Origin: Clostridiales bacterium
GTDB lineage: Bacteria; Bacillota; Clostridia; Christensenellales; Pumilibacteraceae
NCBI GenBank assembly: GCA_022508405.1
Contig: JAFLVI010000001.1
Location: forward strand, 32,230-96,229
DNA length: 64,000 bases
Direction of reading: 5' to 3'
A program made the position numbers and the translations under genes. Position 1 is the first letter of the stretch. Every line of letters begins with the position of its first letter. Below are positions 28,547 through 38,028 of the stretch, in pieces. The notes under the pieces are model-generated. The model saw only the letters and a list, made by a program, of their open reading frames with translations, had not been told where the DNA came from and searched no databases.

Positions 28547-28743
28547 TAGAGCGCATAAAAAGCACAAGCTTTTGGGTGGGGCTTATAAGCGCGGTGTTTC
28601 TTATCTTAAGCGCGTTCGGCGTGGAGATAGGGGACGAGACGGCAAGCAACGTCATAAACGGCGTATGCTCGGCGCTTGTAATGCTGGGCATTGCTTCGCC
28701 CATAGGCGACAAGTCGGACAAAACGGACGACAAAACCGAATAA
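28543..28743 (+). CDS. Small two-TM phage holin-like protein
   Basis: RIKSxSFWVGL...LVMLGI..P resembles Firmicute phage holins. Confidence 0.7.
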   Translation: MIERIKSTSFWVGLISAVFLILSAFGVEIGDETASNVINGVCSALVMLGIASPIGDKSDKTDDKTE

Positions 28744-28752
28744 AAATGAAAG

Positions 28753-28780
28753 ACGGAAGGAACAATCCTTCCGTTTTTTT
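28753..28780 (+). terminator. Intrinsic terminator closing the phage-like operon
   Basis: ACGGAAGGA-ACAA-TCCTTCCGT followed by a T run. Confidence 0.85.
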
Positions 28781-28824
28781 GTAAAAAATTTTTACAAAAT
28801 TTTGCGATTTTTTTCTTGTTATTA

Positions 28825-28853
28825 TTGCTTAAAACGACCGGCTGTGCTATAAT
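28825..28853 (+). promoter_or_regulatory. Sigma-A promoter for the phosphorelay operon
   Basis: TTGCTT-17-TATAAT with TG extension. Confidence 0.7.
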
Positions 28854-28890
28854 CATATTATATACGCGAATTGCGCGCATTGGAGTACTA

Positions 28891-31800
28891 ATGGATATCA
28901 AGACTAAATTAAAAAAGTTGGTCAAAGATAAAAGATTTATCTACGGTGTAATTGCTTTCATAACGGTGGTTGTTGTTACGATTACGATAGTGCTGTATTC
29001 GCTGTTTGCGTCCAATCTCATCAATGAGGAAAGCGCGGAGCACCTTACCGAGATATATTCGCAGGCCAATGCCGGTTTTTACCAAAAGGTAAGGAGCAAT
29101 CGCAACCTTCTTAAGAGCTGGAAGCCGTACATAGACGATATCGTAACAGACATGAACAGCGACGACGAGCAAACAAAAACCGCTGCCGAACAGGAGTTTG
29201 GGGACTTTATGCTCGAGCAACTGCTCAGGTTTGACTTTACCAAGTTTTACTTTATAGGTGAGCAAACCGAATCCACCCATTACGAAGATTATGAATATAA
29301 AGTTAAAGTAAAGGCAATAGAAACGTCTAATAAGGTTAACGGCGAAGTCCAGTTTGACGAAAACGGCAATACGATTGAGCATATTCAGGACAACGACGTA
29401 GTAGACGTGCGTACGCGGCGCGATGTTAACTTTTTGCTGGCAAACGACCGTTGCGGTGTTGCCAGCTTTGTTGACAACGGTCAAATACACGCGCCCGAAC
29501 CGGAATTTTTGATGCTTGCAATACCCACAACGGAAAATACATACAAGGGCTTTACTTATCGCGCTATAGGCGTGCGCTTTGAACTACGCGACGTCAGCAC
29601 TCTTTTGTCTGCCCAGACGTTTGGCACCAGCGGCATATGCTACGTAATTCTTCCAAACGGTCAGGTGCTTGCGCACTCGGGCGACGACAGATACCTTAAG
29701 TCCGACTATCTTGCATTCCTAAAGTCCGATCAGTGCGAGGTGTTGGACACCACCGTCGACAAAATCTCGAGCGACTGGAACAAACAAAAATCGGGATCTT
29801 TCAGACTGAAAACGCGCGATACCGAGTACTACCTTACATATATGCCGGTAGACCCTAGGGTGGAGACCGATCCCGAAAACGCATGGGACTGGATGCTACT
29901 CGGCATTGCCCCCAGCGAAGTGGTCAACTCCAGCATGAATTATTTCCGCAACATCACCATGGTCGTTATGGCGGTTATATTCGTCGTGATTGGCGCGGTT
30001 GTTGCGGCGCTTATCATACTCAACAGCCGCCGCAAGGTGGCTCATACCGTAGCCGCCGTCAAGGGACGGGACAAGCTTTTGGATTTGCTGTCCGTCAACA
30101 CCGATGATATGTTTATCATGTTCTCGACAGAAACGTTCAGGGCGGATTATGTAAGCGCCAATGTCGAGCAGGTTTTGGGTATTCCGCAGAGTAAGATTAT
30201 ATCCAACGTGATGGAAATAATCCCTGCGTCGCTGGAGGACAGCAGTCCGCTAACCATAGACGACTTTAAGAATATGCCGACGGACAACACTTGGGAGCGC
30301 GACGTCAGCCTGCAAAATATGGAAACTATGGAGAAACGCTGGTTTAGGCTTGCGCTTCACCACTCCAACAGTAGCGACAAGTGCGTGCTTGTTTTGTCAG
30401 ACCGCACAGAGGACATAAAGATGCGTGAGCAGCTTGAGGAAGCGCTCCAGATTGCGGAAAACGCCAATGCCGCCAAGAGCCACTTCCTGTCCAACATGTC
30501 ACACGATATTCGTACGCCGATGAACGCCATAATAGGTTACGCCACTTTGCTCGGCAAGGACGCAGACAACGCAGACCGTGTGCGCGATTACGTGCGCAAG
30601 ATAACATATTCCGGCCAGCACCTGCTCAGCCTTATCAATGACATTCTTGATATGAGCAAGATAGAAAGCGGCAAGACGTCGCTTGCTCTCAACGAGTTCC
30701 GTCTGCCCGAGTTTATAGAAGAGCTTTACTCCATGATGGTGGCGCAAGCCAATGCCAAAAAGCAGACGTTTGACGTGCACACCAAGGGCACGCTTCCCGA
30801 ATTTGTTGTGGGCGATAAGCTGCGCCTTAATCAGATAATGCTCAACATTCTGTCCAACGCGGTCAAGTACACTCAGGTTGGCGGAACCATAAAAATGAAC
30901 GTGGAGCGTCTCAAGCAAAAGATCAGCAACCACGCGCACATCCGCTTTATCGTAGAGGACAACGGCATAGGCATGAGCCCCGAATATCTGAAAACGATTT
31001 TCGAGCCGTTCAGCCGCGAAACTACCGACAAGACCAAGGGCATACAGGGCACAGGTCTCGGCATGGCCATCACCAAGAATATCGTCGACCTTATGGGCGG
31101 CACTATATCGGTGGAAAGCGAGCTGGGCAAGGGCAGTAAGTTTATTGTAGAGCTCGAGCTTGCTATAGCCAATTCCGTTCAGGATGACGGCGATTTCTGG
31201 AAGCGCCACAACGTAACCCGTGTACTTGTTATAGACGACGAGGAAGACGTGTGCGTGGAGATAAAAGAGCTTATGGCGGACACCGGTGTGGAAATCGACT
31301 ATAGGCTTAACGGCAAAGACGGCGTAAAGGCGGTCGAGGACGCTGTGGAAAAAGGCGAGGAGTACAACATTGTAATCGTCGATTGGAAAATGCCGGACAT
31401 GGACGGCGTGGAAACCGCGCGGCGTATCCGTAAGCGCGTCGGGCGCGAACTGCCTATAATGGTGCTTACATCGTTCAGCTTTGAGGATATAGAGGACTCG
31501 GCAAAGGACGCCGGTATTGACCTATTCCTTTCCAAGCCGTTCTTTGTGTCCAATTTCCGCCGTGCGATTCAACAAATAAACACGGACGGCACGGAAGCGG
31601 AGGTCGAGCCCGAAAAAGAAGATATCTCCATCGAAGGACTCAAAGTTCTCGCCGCAGAAGACAACGAGATCAACGTGGAAATTCTTATGGAATTACTGGA
31701 AGACGAAGGCGTCAAGTGCGATATCGCTTACAACGGTCAGGAAGCGCTGGAAAAGTTTGAAGCCTCCGCCGTAGATCAGTACGACGTTATATTCATGGAT

Positions 31801-32025
31801 GTGCAAATGCCGGTCATGGACGGTTACGGTGCGTCGCGCGCAATAAGAGCGTGTTCGCATAAGCGCGCCAAGACCATTCCGATCATCGCAATGACGGCAA
31901 ACGCGTTTGACGACGACGTCAAGGCGGCGCTGGAATCGGGCATGAACGCGCACCTTGCCAAACCCATAGACATGGCCAAGCTCAAACAACTTGTTGCAAA
32001 ACACGTACTTAATAAAAAGGATTGA
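28891..32025 (+). CDS. Hybrid sensor histidine kinase (2 TM, extracellular sensor, PAS-like, HisKA, HATPase, two REC domains)
   Basis: FLSNMSHDIRTPMN, NILSNAVKY, DNGIG, GTGLG, two receivers (IVDWKMP, FMDVQMP); ATG 28891 after GGAG. Confidence 0.93.
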   Translation: MDIKTKLKKLVKDKRFIYGVIAFITVVVVTITIVLYSLFASNLINEESAEHLTEIYSQANAGFYQKVRSNRNLLKSWKPYIDDIVTDMNSDDEQTKTAAEQEFGDFMLEQLLRFDFTKFYFIGEQTESTHYEDYEYKVKVKAIETSNKVNGEVQFDENGNTIEHIQDNDVVDVRTRRDVNFLLANDRCGVASFVDNGQIHAPEPEFLMLAIPTTENTYKGFTYRAIGVRFELRDVSTLLSAQTFGTSGICYVILPNGQVLAHSGDDRYLKSDYLAFLKSDQCEVLDTTVDKISSDWNKQKSGSFRLKTRDTEYYLTYMPVDPRVETDPENAWDWMLLGIAPSEVVNSSMNYFRNITMVVMAVIFVVIGAVVAALIILNSRRKVAHTVAAVKGRDKLLDLLSVNTDDMFIMFSTETFRADYVSANVEQVLGIPQSKIISNVMEIIPASLEDSSPLTIDDFKNMPTDNTWERDVSLQNMETMEKRWFRLALHHSNSSDKCVLVLSDRTEDIKMREQLEEALQIAENANAAKSHFLSNMSHDIRTPMNAIIGYATLLGKDADNADRVRDYVRKITYSGQHLLSLINDILDMSKIESGKTSLALNEFRLPEFIEELYSMMVAQANAKKQTFDVHTKGTLPEFVVGDKLRLNQIMLNILSNAVKYTQVGGTIKMNVERLKQKISNHAHIRFIVEDNGIGMSPEYLKTIFEPFSRETTDKTKGIQGTGLGMAITKNIVDLMGGTISVESELGKGSKFIVELELAIANSVQDDGDFWKRHNVTRVLVIDDEEDVCVEIKELMADTGVEIDYRLNGKDGVKAVEDAVEKGEEYNIVIVDWKMPDMDGVETARRIRKRVGRELPIMVLTSFSFEDIEDSAKDAGIDLFLSKPFFVSNFRRAIQQINTDGTEAEVEPEKEDISIEGLKVLAAEDNEINVEILMELLEDEGVKCDIAYNGQEALEKFEASAVDQYDVIFMDVQMPVMDGYGASRAIRACSHKRAKTIPIIAMTANAFDDDVKAALESGMNAHLAKPIDMAKLKQLVAKHVLNKKD

Positions 32026-32029
32026 TAAG

Positions 32030-34072
32030 ATGGCAACCGAAAAGAAATCAATACTCATTGTAGACGACTCCGAACTTAACCGTGCGCTGCTTTCCGACAT
32101 GCTGTACGACGACTTCAATATTATAGAAGCGGAAAACGGCATGGAAGCCATTGCCATATTAAAGGAGCGCGAACTTGAAATTTCGCTCATGCTGCTCGAT
32201 ATTGTCATGCCGCAAATGGACGGCTTTGACGTGCTGGCAATGATGAACAACAAGGGTTGGATAAACAACATCCCCGTCATAATGATCTCCGCGGAAACAG
32301 GCTCCGCATACATAGACAGGGCGTACGACTTGGGCGCGGTGGACTACATTAGCCGTCCGTTTGACGAGCGTACCGTTAAGCACCGCGTTATGAGCAACTT
32401 TATGCTTGCGTTAAAACAGCGCGAAATGTCCGACCTTTTGGTGGAACAAATCTACCAGCGCGAGCGCGACAACAAGATAATGATAGAAATCTTGTCGCAC
32501 ATCGTGGAGTTCAGAAACGGTGAAAGCGGCTTGCACATTCTGCACGTAAGCACGTTTACGGAGATGATACTAAAGCACCTTGTGCTTATAACAGACAGGT
32601 ACAAGCTGTCGCAGGCGGACATAAAGATGATAGTCAACGCTTCGGCTTTGCACGACGTGGGCAAAATGTCCGTGCCGGACGAAATACTTAACAAACCGGG
32701 AAGGTTCACTCCCGAAGAGTTTGAAATTATGAAGCGGCACACGGTGGAGGGCGAAAAGATGCTCGCCGCCATACCCGCACGCCGCAACGAGCCCATCGTC
32801 AAGGTCAGCGCGGAAATCTGCCGTTGGCACCACGAGCGCTGGGACGGCAGGGGATATCCGGACGGACTCAAAGGGGACGCCATACCCATCTCCGCACAAG
32901 TGGTGGCGCTTGCCGACGTGTACGACGCGTTAACAAGCAAGCGTTGCTATAAGGACGGTTTCCCGCACGAAAAGGCTATAGAGATGATACAAAACGGAGA
33001 ATGCGGCGCGTTTAACCCGCTCATTTTGCAGTGTCTGGGCGATTTGCAGGCAGAGCTTAAGGAAGCGCTTCACAACAACTCGCCTACGGAAACATTCGAT
33101 AGCGGCGCGCGCGACAACGTGGAGCATATGCTCAAGGCGAGCGGCTCGGACGTATCCAACCGCACCATTCAGCTATTGGAGCACGAGCGCATGAAGTTCA
33201 GATTTTTTGCCAGCCTTTCCCGAGAAGTCATGTTTGAATACGTTGCTTCGCCGGAGATGATTGTGCTTACAGACTTCAGCGCGGAATATTTGGAACTGCC
33301 GGAAAAGATACCCAATCCCGCAGAAAGCGACTTCGCTTCGCGCGTGTTCAACAAAGACGACTTTAATCATCTCATGACAAAGATAAAGGCGTCCACGCCG
33401 GAATCTCCCATTGTCGAGGGCAAGTACCTTATGACCATTCGCGGCGAACAAAAGTGGAACAAGGTCATAGTGCAGGCGCTTTGGAGCGATACCGAAAATC
33501 CCGTTTTGGAAGGCGCGCTCGGCAAGTGCTTGGATATAACCGAGGAAACCGAGGAGCTTCAGCAGCTGGAGAATTTGGCGGATAAGGACCAGATTACAAA
33601 CCTGCTCAACGCCCGCGCCGCCAAGCATAAAATAAGCAATTTGCTTGCCGCGCCCAACGATTACCTTTACGCAATGGTCTTCTTTGATCTCGACAACCTT
33701 AAAAGAGCAAACGACGACTACGGGCATCTGTTCGGCAACAAGCTTATAAAGACGATTGCCGACCGCATGATTGCCAACACCCGTACATCGGATATTTGCG
33801 CACGGTTCGGAGGCGACGAGTTTGTAATATTCATGCGCTACAAGGATGAACACCAGATAGACCGTATTTTCCACGCTCTCACGGAAGAGGACTTGGACGG
33901 TTTCCCTGTGCGCGTCAGCATGGGCATAGCGTTGTCCAACGAGTGCGACGGCGACTACGACACGCTTTTGCACATGGCGGACCAAGCGGCGTACGCGGTT
34001 AAAAAGACCACCAAAAACGCGTACAAGTTTTACAATGCGCTTACGGAAGCGGAAAAGAAACTCACTCAATAA
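32030..34072 (+). CDS. Response regulator with HD-GYP and GGDEF domains
   Basis: REC (VDD, LLDIVMP), HDVGK, HHERWDGRGYP, RTSD I-site and RFGGDEF. Confidence 0.92.
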   Translation: MATEKKSILIVDDSELNRALLSDMLYDDFNIIEAENGMEAIAILKERELEISLMLLDIVMPQMDGFDVLAMMNNKGWINNIPVIMISAETGSAYIDRAYDLGAVDYISRPFDERTVKHRVMSNFMLALKQREMSDLLVEQIYQRERDNKIMIEILSHIVEFRNGESGLHILHVSTFTEMILKHLVLITDRYKLSQADIKMIVNASALHDVGKMSVPDEILNKPGRFTPEEFEIMKRHTVEGEKMLAAIPARRNEPIVKVSAEICRWHHERWDGRGYPDGLKGDAIPISAQVVALADVYDALTSKRCYKDGFPHEKAIEMIQNGECGAFNPLILQCLGDLQAELKEALHNNSPTETFDSGARDNVEHMLKASGSDVSNRTIQLLEHERMKFRFFASLSREVMFEYVASPEMIVLTDFSAEYLELPEKIPNPAESDFASRVFNKDDFNHLMTKIKASTPESPIVEGKYLMTIRGEQKWNKVIVQALWSDTENPVLEGALGKCLDITEETEELQQLENLADKDQITNLLNARAAKHKISNLLAAPNDYLYAMVFFDLDNLKRANDDYGHLFGNKLIKTIADRMIANTRTSDICARFGGDEFVIFMRYKDEHQIDRIFHALTEEDLDGFPVRVSMGIALSNECDGDYDTLLHMADQAAYAVKKTTKNAYKFYNALTEAEKKLTQ

Positions 34073-34096
34073 TATAAAAATTATCCGGAGGATATT

Positions 34097-34450
34097 ATGA
34101 CTGTACAAGAAGCTTACGAAAAAATGGGCGGCGATTACGAAGACTGCATGAGCAGACTGCGTACAGACGACCGCATAAAAAGATTTTTGCAAAGGGTGGC
34201 GGACGACCAAAGCTTTAACAACCTTTGCGAAAATCTCAAGGCGCACAACATGGAAGAGGCGTTCCGCGCCGCGCACACGCTTAAGGGCGTAAGCTCCAAT
34301 CTGTCTATTACCAGACTGTGCAAGTCGGCTACCGCAATCACGGAAGTGCTGCGCGGAAAGACCGAGTACAGCGCGGAGTTCGAGCCGTACCTTGCCGTAG
34401 TAAAACAAGACTACGAGCTTACTATCGAGTGCATAAAAAGCATTGATTAA
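34097..34450 (+). CDS. Hpt phosphotransfer protein
   Basis: FRAAHTLKGVSSNL motif. Confidence 0.9.
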   Translation: MTVQEAYEKMGGDYEDCMSRLRTDDRIKRFLQRVADDQSFNNLCENLKAHNMEEAFRAAHTLKGVSSNLSITRLCKSATAITEVLRGKTEYSAEFEPYLAVVKQDYELTIECIKSID

Positions 34451-34593
34451 ACAAATTACGCTCTCAAAATAGGTTTACATTTTTACGTCACCGTGTTATA
34501 ATATGTCCAATGCAGTGTTGTGGATTAAGTTATTCGCAATCAAAACAAGCACAATTTTTGCAGTATGGGACGGTGCGTTCAAAGGAAGGAACT

Positions 34594-34827
34594 ATGTCAA
34601 GAAAAAGCGATTTGGAAAAGAAAATAAAGGAAAGCGAAGCGGAGCTGGATATGCTGGAGCAAAAGCGTCTCAGGTCCATGTCGTCTTTTATTGAAGCGCT
34701 GGTCAGACACGAAACTCCCACCGACGAGGACGTGGAGTACTTTAAGACATTTTCGGACTTAATCGAATTGGAGCGCGAAAACTTACGGCAATATAGGGAC
34801 GAATTGGAAGTCCTTAAAGTAAAATAA
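34594..34827 (+). CDS. Small coiled-coil hypothetical protein
   Basis: AGGAAGGA RBS before ATG 34594; promoter TTTACA-17-TATAAT at 34474-34502. Confidence 0.7.
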   Translation: MSRKSDLEKKIKESEAELDMLEQKRLRSMSSFIEALVRHETPTDEDVEYFKTFSDLIELERENLRQYRDELEVLKVK

Positions 34828-34846
34828 ACAAAAAGAGAGGAAAATC

Positions 34847-35404
34847 ATGAAAAAGTTTTTCAAGGAATTCAAGGAATTCATCACTCGCGGCAACGTTGTC
34901 GACCTTGCCGTAGGTATGATCATCGGCGCGGCGTTTACCGCAATCGTCACCGCGCTGGTCAACGGCATATTTAAGCCGCTCATCAACGCCGTTCCCATGG
35001 GCGATGTGACCGGACTTATCACCATGCTCAAACCGGTATACACGTTGGACGAAACGGGCGCCAAGGTTATTGACATGGCAAACTCGGTGTACATAAACTG
35101 GGGCGACTTCATCATGGCCATAGTCAACTTTATTATCACCGCGTTGGTGCTGTTCCTTATTATCAAAGCAATCAACAGCGTCCGCCAAAACGCCGAAAAG
35201 CTGGGCGGCGCCAAGCTCGATAAACAGCTTAAGGCCGAGCTCAAGGCAAAGGGCATGAACAAAAAGCAGATGATAGAATACGTTGCCGCACAAAAGGCCG
35301 AAGAAGAAGCCAAGGCAAAAGCGGAAGCGGAAGCAAACAAGCCGGAGACCACCGAGCAAATCCTTTCCGAAATCCGCGAACTTCTTAAATCCTTACAGAA
35401 ATAA
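34847..35404 (+). CDS. mscL: Large-conductance mechanosensitive channel
   Basis: EFKEFITRGNVVDLAVGMIIGAAF; LSEIRELLK. Confidence 0.95.
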   Translation: MKKFFKEFKEFITRGNVVDLAVGMIIGAAFTAIVTALVNGIFKPLINAVPMGDVTGLITMLKPVYTLDETGAKVIDMANSVYINWGDFIMAIVNFIITALVLFLIIKAINSVRQNAEKLGGAKLDKQLKAELKAKGMNKKQMIEYVAAQKAEEEAKAKAEAEANKPETTEQILSEIRELLKSLQK

Positions 35405-35407
35405 GCA

Positions 35408-35444
35408 AAAACAAAATCCGTCTATAAAAGGCGGATTTTGTTTT
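35408..35444 (+). terminator. Intrinsic terminator after mscL
   Basis: AAAACAAAATCCGTCT...AGGCGGATTTTGTTTT. Confidence 0.8.
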
Positions 35445-35462
35445 GATAATCAACCTTATCAG

Positions 35463-35503
35463 CCTTCCCCACGTGGGAAGGGTGACCGCTTGCGGTGGAA
35501 GAG
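35463..35503 (+). repeat. REP-like double-hairpin unit, copy 1
   Basis: CCTTCCCC..GGGAAGG then ACCGC-TT-GCGGTGGA; similar to 44540-44583. Confidence 0.7.
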
Positions 35504-35530
35504 ATTTTATCAATAATAAGTTTTGCATTT

Positions 35531-35558
35531 AAAAAAACCGCCATGCGGCGGTTTTTTT
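35531..35558 (-). terminator. Terminator for the kinase operon
   Basis: AAAAAAACCGCC-ATGC-GGCGGTTTTTTT. Confidence 0.8.
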
Positions 35559-37269
35559 ATTTTTTAAACAGTTTGGAAAATACGGATGATTTTTTGGCGG
35601 ATGCGTCGGTTGTAGTCTCTGCCGGTTTTTGTTCCGACTTAGCCGCAGGCTTTACTTCGGGTTTTGCCGAAGTCGTGGGCTTTACTGCGGGCTTTGCGGC
35701 AGCTGTGGTCACGATCGGTTTTGCCGTGGGCTTTGCCGTAGCGGTCGGTCTCGCCGGTTTTACTTCCGGCTTTGGCGTAGCAGTAGTCGCCGTAGGCTTT
35801 GCTGCGGGCTTTGCCGGAGTGACGGGCTTGGCAACAGGTTTTACTTCGGGCTTTGACGATGCCGCGGTCACCGCCGGCTTAACTTCCGGCTTTGACACCG
35901 GTTTTACTTCCGGCTTAGTTACGGGCTTAATTTCCGATTTTGCCGTTGCCGGTTTTGCGGGCGTAACTTGCGGTTTTGCGGTCGGCTTTGCAGTCGGCGT
36001 TCCCGCTTTGGCGGCGGAAATTTCCGGCTTGGTAGGGGGAATATGCACTGTTGCCGTACGCGCCGGTCTTGCCGTTCTTAAGTCGGGCGTTGTTACCGTT
36101 TCCGTTTTGGTAATACTTCTTTCGGTTGCGGTTATCGGCGACGACGTAGGTCTTACCGCTCTTGCCGCAGGCTTTGTAGGTTCCGTTGTATCTGGGGTTA
36201 CGCCCATGGCAGTTCTGGGTATTACCGATTTTTTGGGCGCAGTCGGCGGGGCAGCGGTGGCGTCGGACACGGTCTTACGCGGCGCGCGCGGGTTGTACAG
36301 TCCGTTAATCATCTGCTGGACGTCCTGATACCGTTTTTTCTTGTCTACCGCCAGCGATTTCATAAGCGCGTTTTCCACGCCCGCGTCAATGGCAAAGCCC
36401 ATTTCGGACGGGCGTTTAATCGCTTCCTTGCCCATCATGATGCGAATTGATTCGGGCGGAAGCACGCCTGTTACAGCAAAGTAAAGTGTAACGCCCAGTG
36501 CGTACACGTCCGTCCACGGTCCTTGTTCGCCGTGTGTGTCGTACTGTTCGGGCGGGGCAAAGCCCTGCTTTAGCACAACGGACAGCGATTTGCCGTCGGG
36601 ATTGGAATACTTGGCTGCGCCGAAGTCAATAAGCTTGACCTCGTTGGATTTGGTTATAATGATGTTGTCGGGGGAAATGTCGCGGTGGATAAGCCCTATT
36701 TTGTGCACTTGCACAAGCGAGTCCATGACCGGACGCATAATGGTGAGTATCTCGTCCGTGCCCACCTTGCCGCCGCGCCGTTGCAGGTACTTTTTGAGCG
36801 AAATGCCGTCCAAAAACTCCATTACTATGTACGCGGTGCCGTTGGCGGAAAAGAAGTCGCGGACGTTAACCACGCCGCCGAGATTTTTTATTTTGGCAAG
36901 CGCGCGCGCTTCTTCCACAAACCGTTTAAGGCCGCGGTTGCTTGCCGCTTGGTTCTGCTTGGAATTGATTATTACCTGATTGTTGCCCGCAACACGCGTT
37001 ACGTAGCCGGACGGGAAGTATTCCTTGACGGCGACCTTGATTCCTTGCTGAAGGTCCCAGCCCAAATAGGTAATGCCAAAACCGCCCTCGCCGAGCGCCT
37101 TGCCGATAAGATATCTGTTTTGCGGTCCTATTACCGAACGCTGCGGCAGGTGGTGGGGCGGGGACGGGGTATCGTCCGCCTTGTGATGGCAATTCATACA
37201 CACGCGATCGGTGTCCAAATCGCCAAAGCAATACAGACATATGTTTTTGTTGGTGCGTATTCTCGCCAT
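35557..37269 (-). CDS. Hanks-type Ser/Thr protein kinase with N-terminal Zn ribbon and Pro/Lys/Ala/Thr-rich tail
   Basis: CLYC..CMNC; GEGGFG, VAVKE, HRDISPDN, DFG, APPE; repeated KPEVKP. Confidence 0.92.
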   Translation of the reverse strand: MARIRTNKNICLYCFGDLDTDRVCMNCHHKADDTPSPPHHLPQRSVIGPQNRYLIGKALGEGGFGITYLGWDLQQGIKVAVKEYFPSGYVTRVAGNNQVIINSKQNQAASNRGLKRFVEEARALAKIKNLGGVVNVRDFFSANGTAYIVMEFLDGISLKKYLQRRGGKVGTDEILTIMRPVMDSLVQVHKIGLIHRDISPDNIIITKSNEVKLIDFGAAKYSNPDGKSLSVVLKQGFAPPEQYDTHGEQGPWTDVYALGVTLYFAVTGVLPPESIRIMMGKEAIKRPSEMGFAIDAGVENALMKSLAVDKKKRYQDVQQMINGLYNPRAPRKTVSDATAAPPTAPKKSVIPRTAMGVTPDTTEPTKPAARAVRPTSSPITATERSITKTETVTTPDLRTARPARTATVHIPPTKPEISAAKAGTPTAKPTAKPQVTPAKPATAKSEIKPVTKPEVKPVSKPEVKPAVTAASSKPEVKPVAKPVTPAKPAAKPTATTATPKPEVKPARPTATAKPTAKPIVTTAAAKPAVKPTTSAKPEVKPAAKSEQKPAETTTDASAKKSSVFSKLFKK

Positions 37270-37275
37270 TGCGTA

Positions 37276-38028
37276 TTATCCTTCTTTTACCATGGCAATA
37301 ATGGCGGAATAGTTATCGTTATACTTGGTTACGCGCTCGAGCAGGCGTTTTTCCATTTTTTCAAGCGCTTCCTCTGGCGTGGCGGAGGAGGCGAGATCTT
37401 CTTCCATTTCCTCCTCGTACACGTACTCCCAAAAGCCGTCCGTGCACAGGATAAAGGCGTCGCCCGCTTGCAGGGGACTGCCGTAAATATCGCAGTCGGG
37501 CGGAATATAGTAGTCCGAACCGAGCACGCGCGTCAGCTTGTTTTGATCCTTGTCCGTGCGAATATCGCGAAGCGGAATCTTGCCCATTTCCACCGCGAGT
37601 TGCGATAGGGAATGGTCCTTTGTCTGAAAGTGCAGCTTGTTGTTTTTAAAGAAGTAAACGCGAGTATCGCCGATATGCGAAATGACGGTGGTCATAAAGT
37701 CGGTAGTCAAGCATGCGACGGTGGTGCAGGACGAGCGAATTTTGGGATTGCGCTCTTTTTCGTCCACCACGCGGTTGTGCGCCGTCTGAATATAGCTTTG
37801 GCAATATTCGGGCTTGACTGCGCGTTCGGGGTCAACCTGCTTGACCTGCGAGTAAGAGTCTATAATCTGCTTGGCGCAAGTACAGCTTGCAACCTCGCTG
37901 CCGTAGTACGATCCCAATCCGTCGCACACCACAAGGCACGCGCCGTCGTCGTATACGATTTGGTCAAGGTAGTCCTGATTGTATTCGCGTCCACCCTGCT
38001 TGCAGATAGAACTTGTCAGTAGTTTCAT
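37276..38028 (-). CDS. PP2C-family Ser/Thr phosphatase
   Basis: RxxNQD, VCDGLG, HIGDTR, LCTDG, DNYS. Confidence 0.9.
   Translation of the reverse strand: MKLLTSSICKQGGREYNQDYLDQIVYDDGACLVVCDGLGSYYGSEVASCTCAKQIIDSYSQVKQVDPERAVKPEYCQSYIQTAHNRVVDEKERNPKIRSSCTTVACLTTDFMTTVISHIGDTRVYFFKNNKLHFQTKDHSLSQLAVEMGKIPLRDIRTDKDQNKLTRVLGSDYYIPPDCDIYGSPLQAGDAFILCTDGFWEYVYEEEMEEDLASSATPEEALEKMEKRLLERVTKYNDNYSAIIAMVKEG

Larger units (their letters stand above)
18731..28743 (+). mobile_element. Phage-derived head/packaging/short-tail gene cluster without integration or replication genes (candidate GTA or domesticated prophage)
   Basis: Co-directional terL, terS-like, portal, scaffold, capsid, adaptor, nozzle and holins; terminator at 28753; flanked by ordinary host genes. 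Confidence 0.8.

Noticed and set aside
18731-28743. Intact inducible prophage, PICI/satellite, tailocin or encapsulin locus
   Set aside because: No integrase, repressor or replication genes (against prophage and satellite); no sheath, tube or tape measure (against tailocin); terminase and portal present (against encapsulin). A decayed prophage remnant cannot be fully excluded
35495-36328. 277-aa Gly/Ala/Phe-rich plus-strand ORF
   Set aside because: Antisense shadow of the kinase's repetitive Lys/Pro tail
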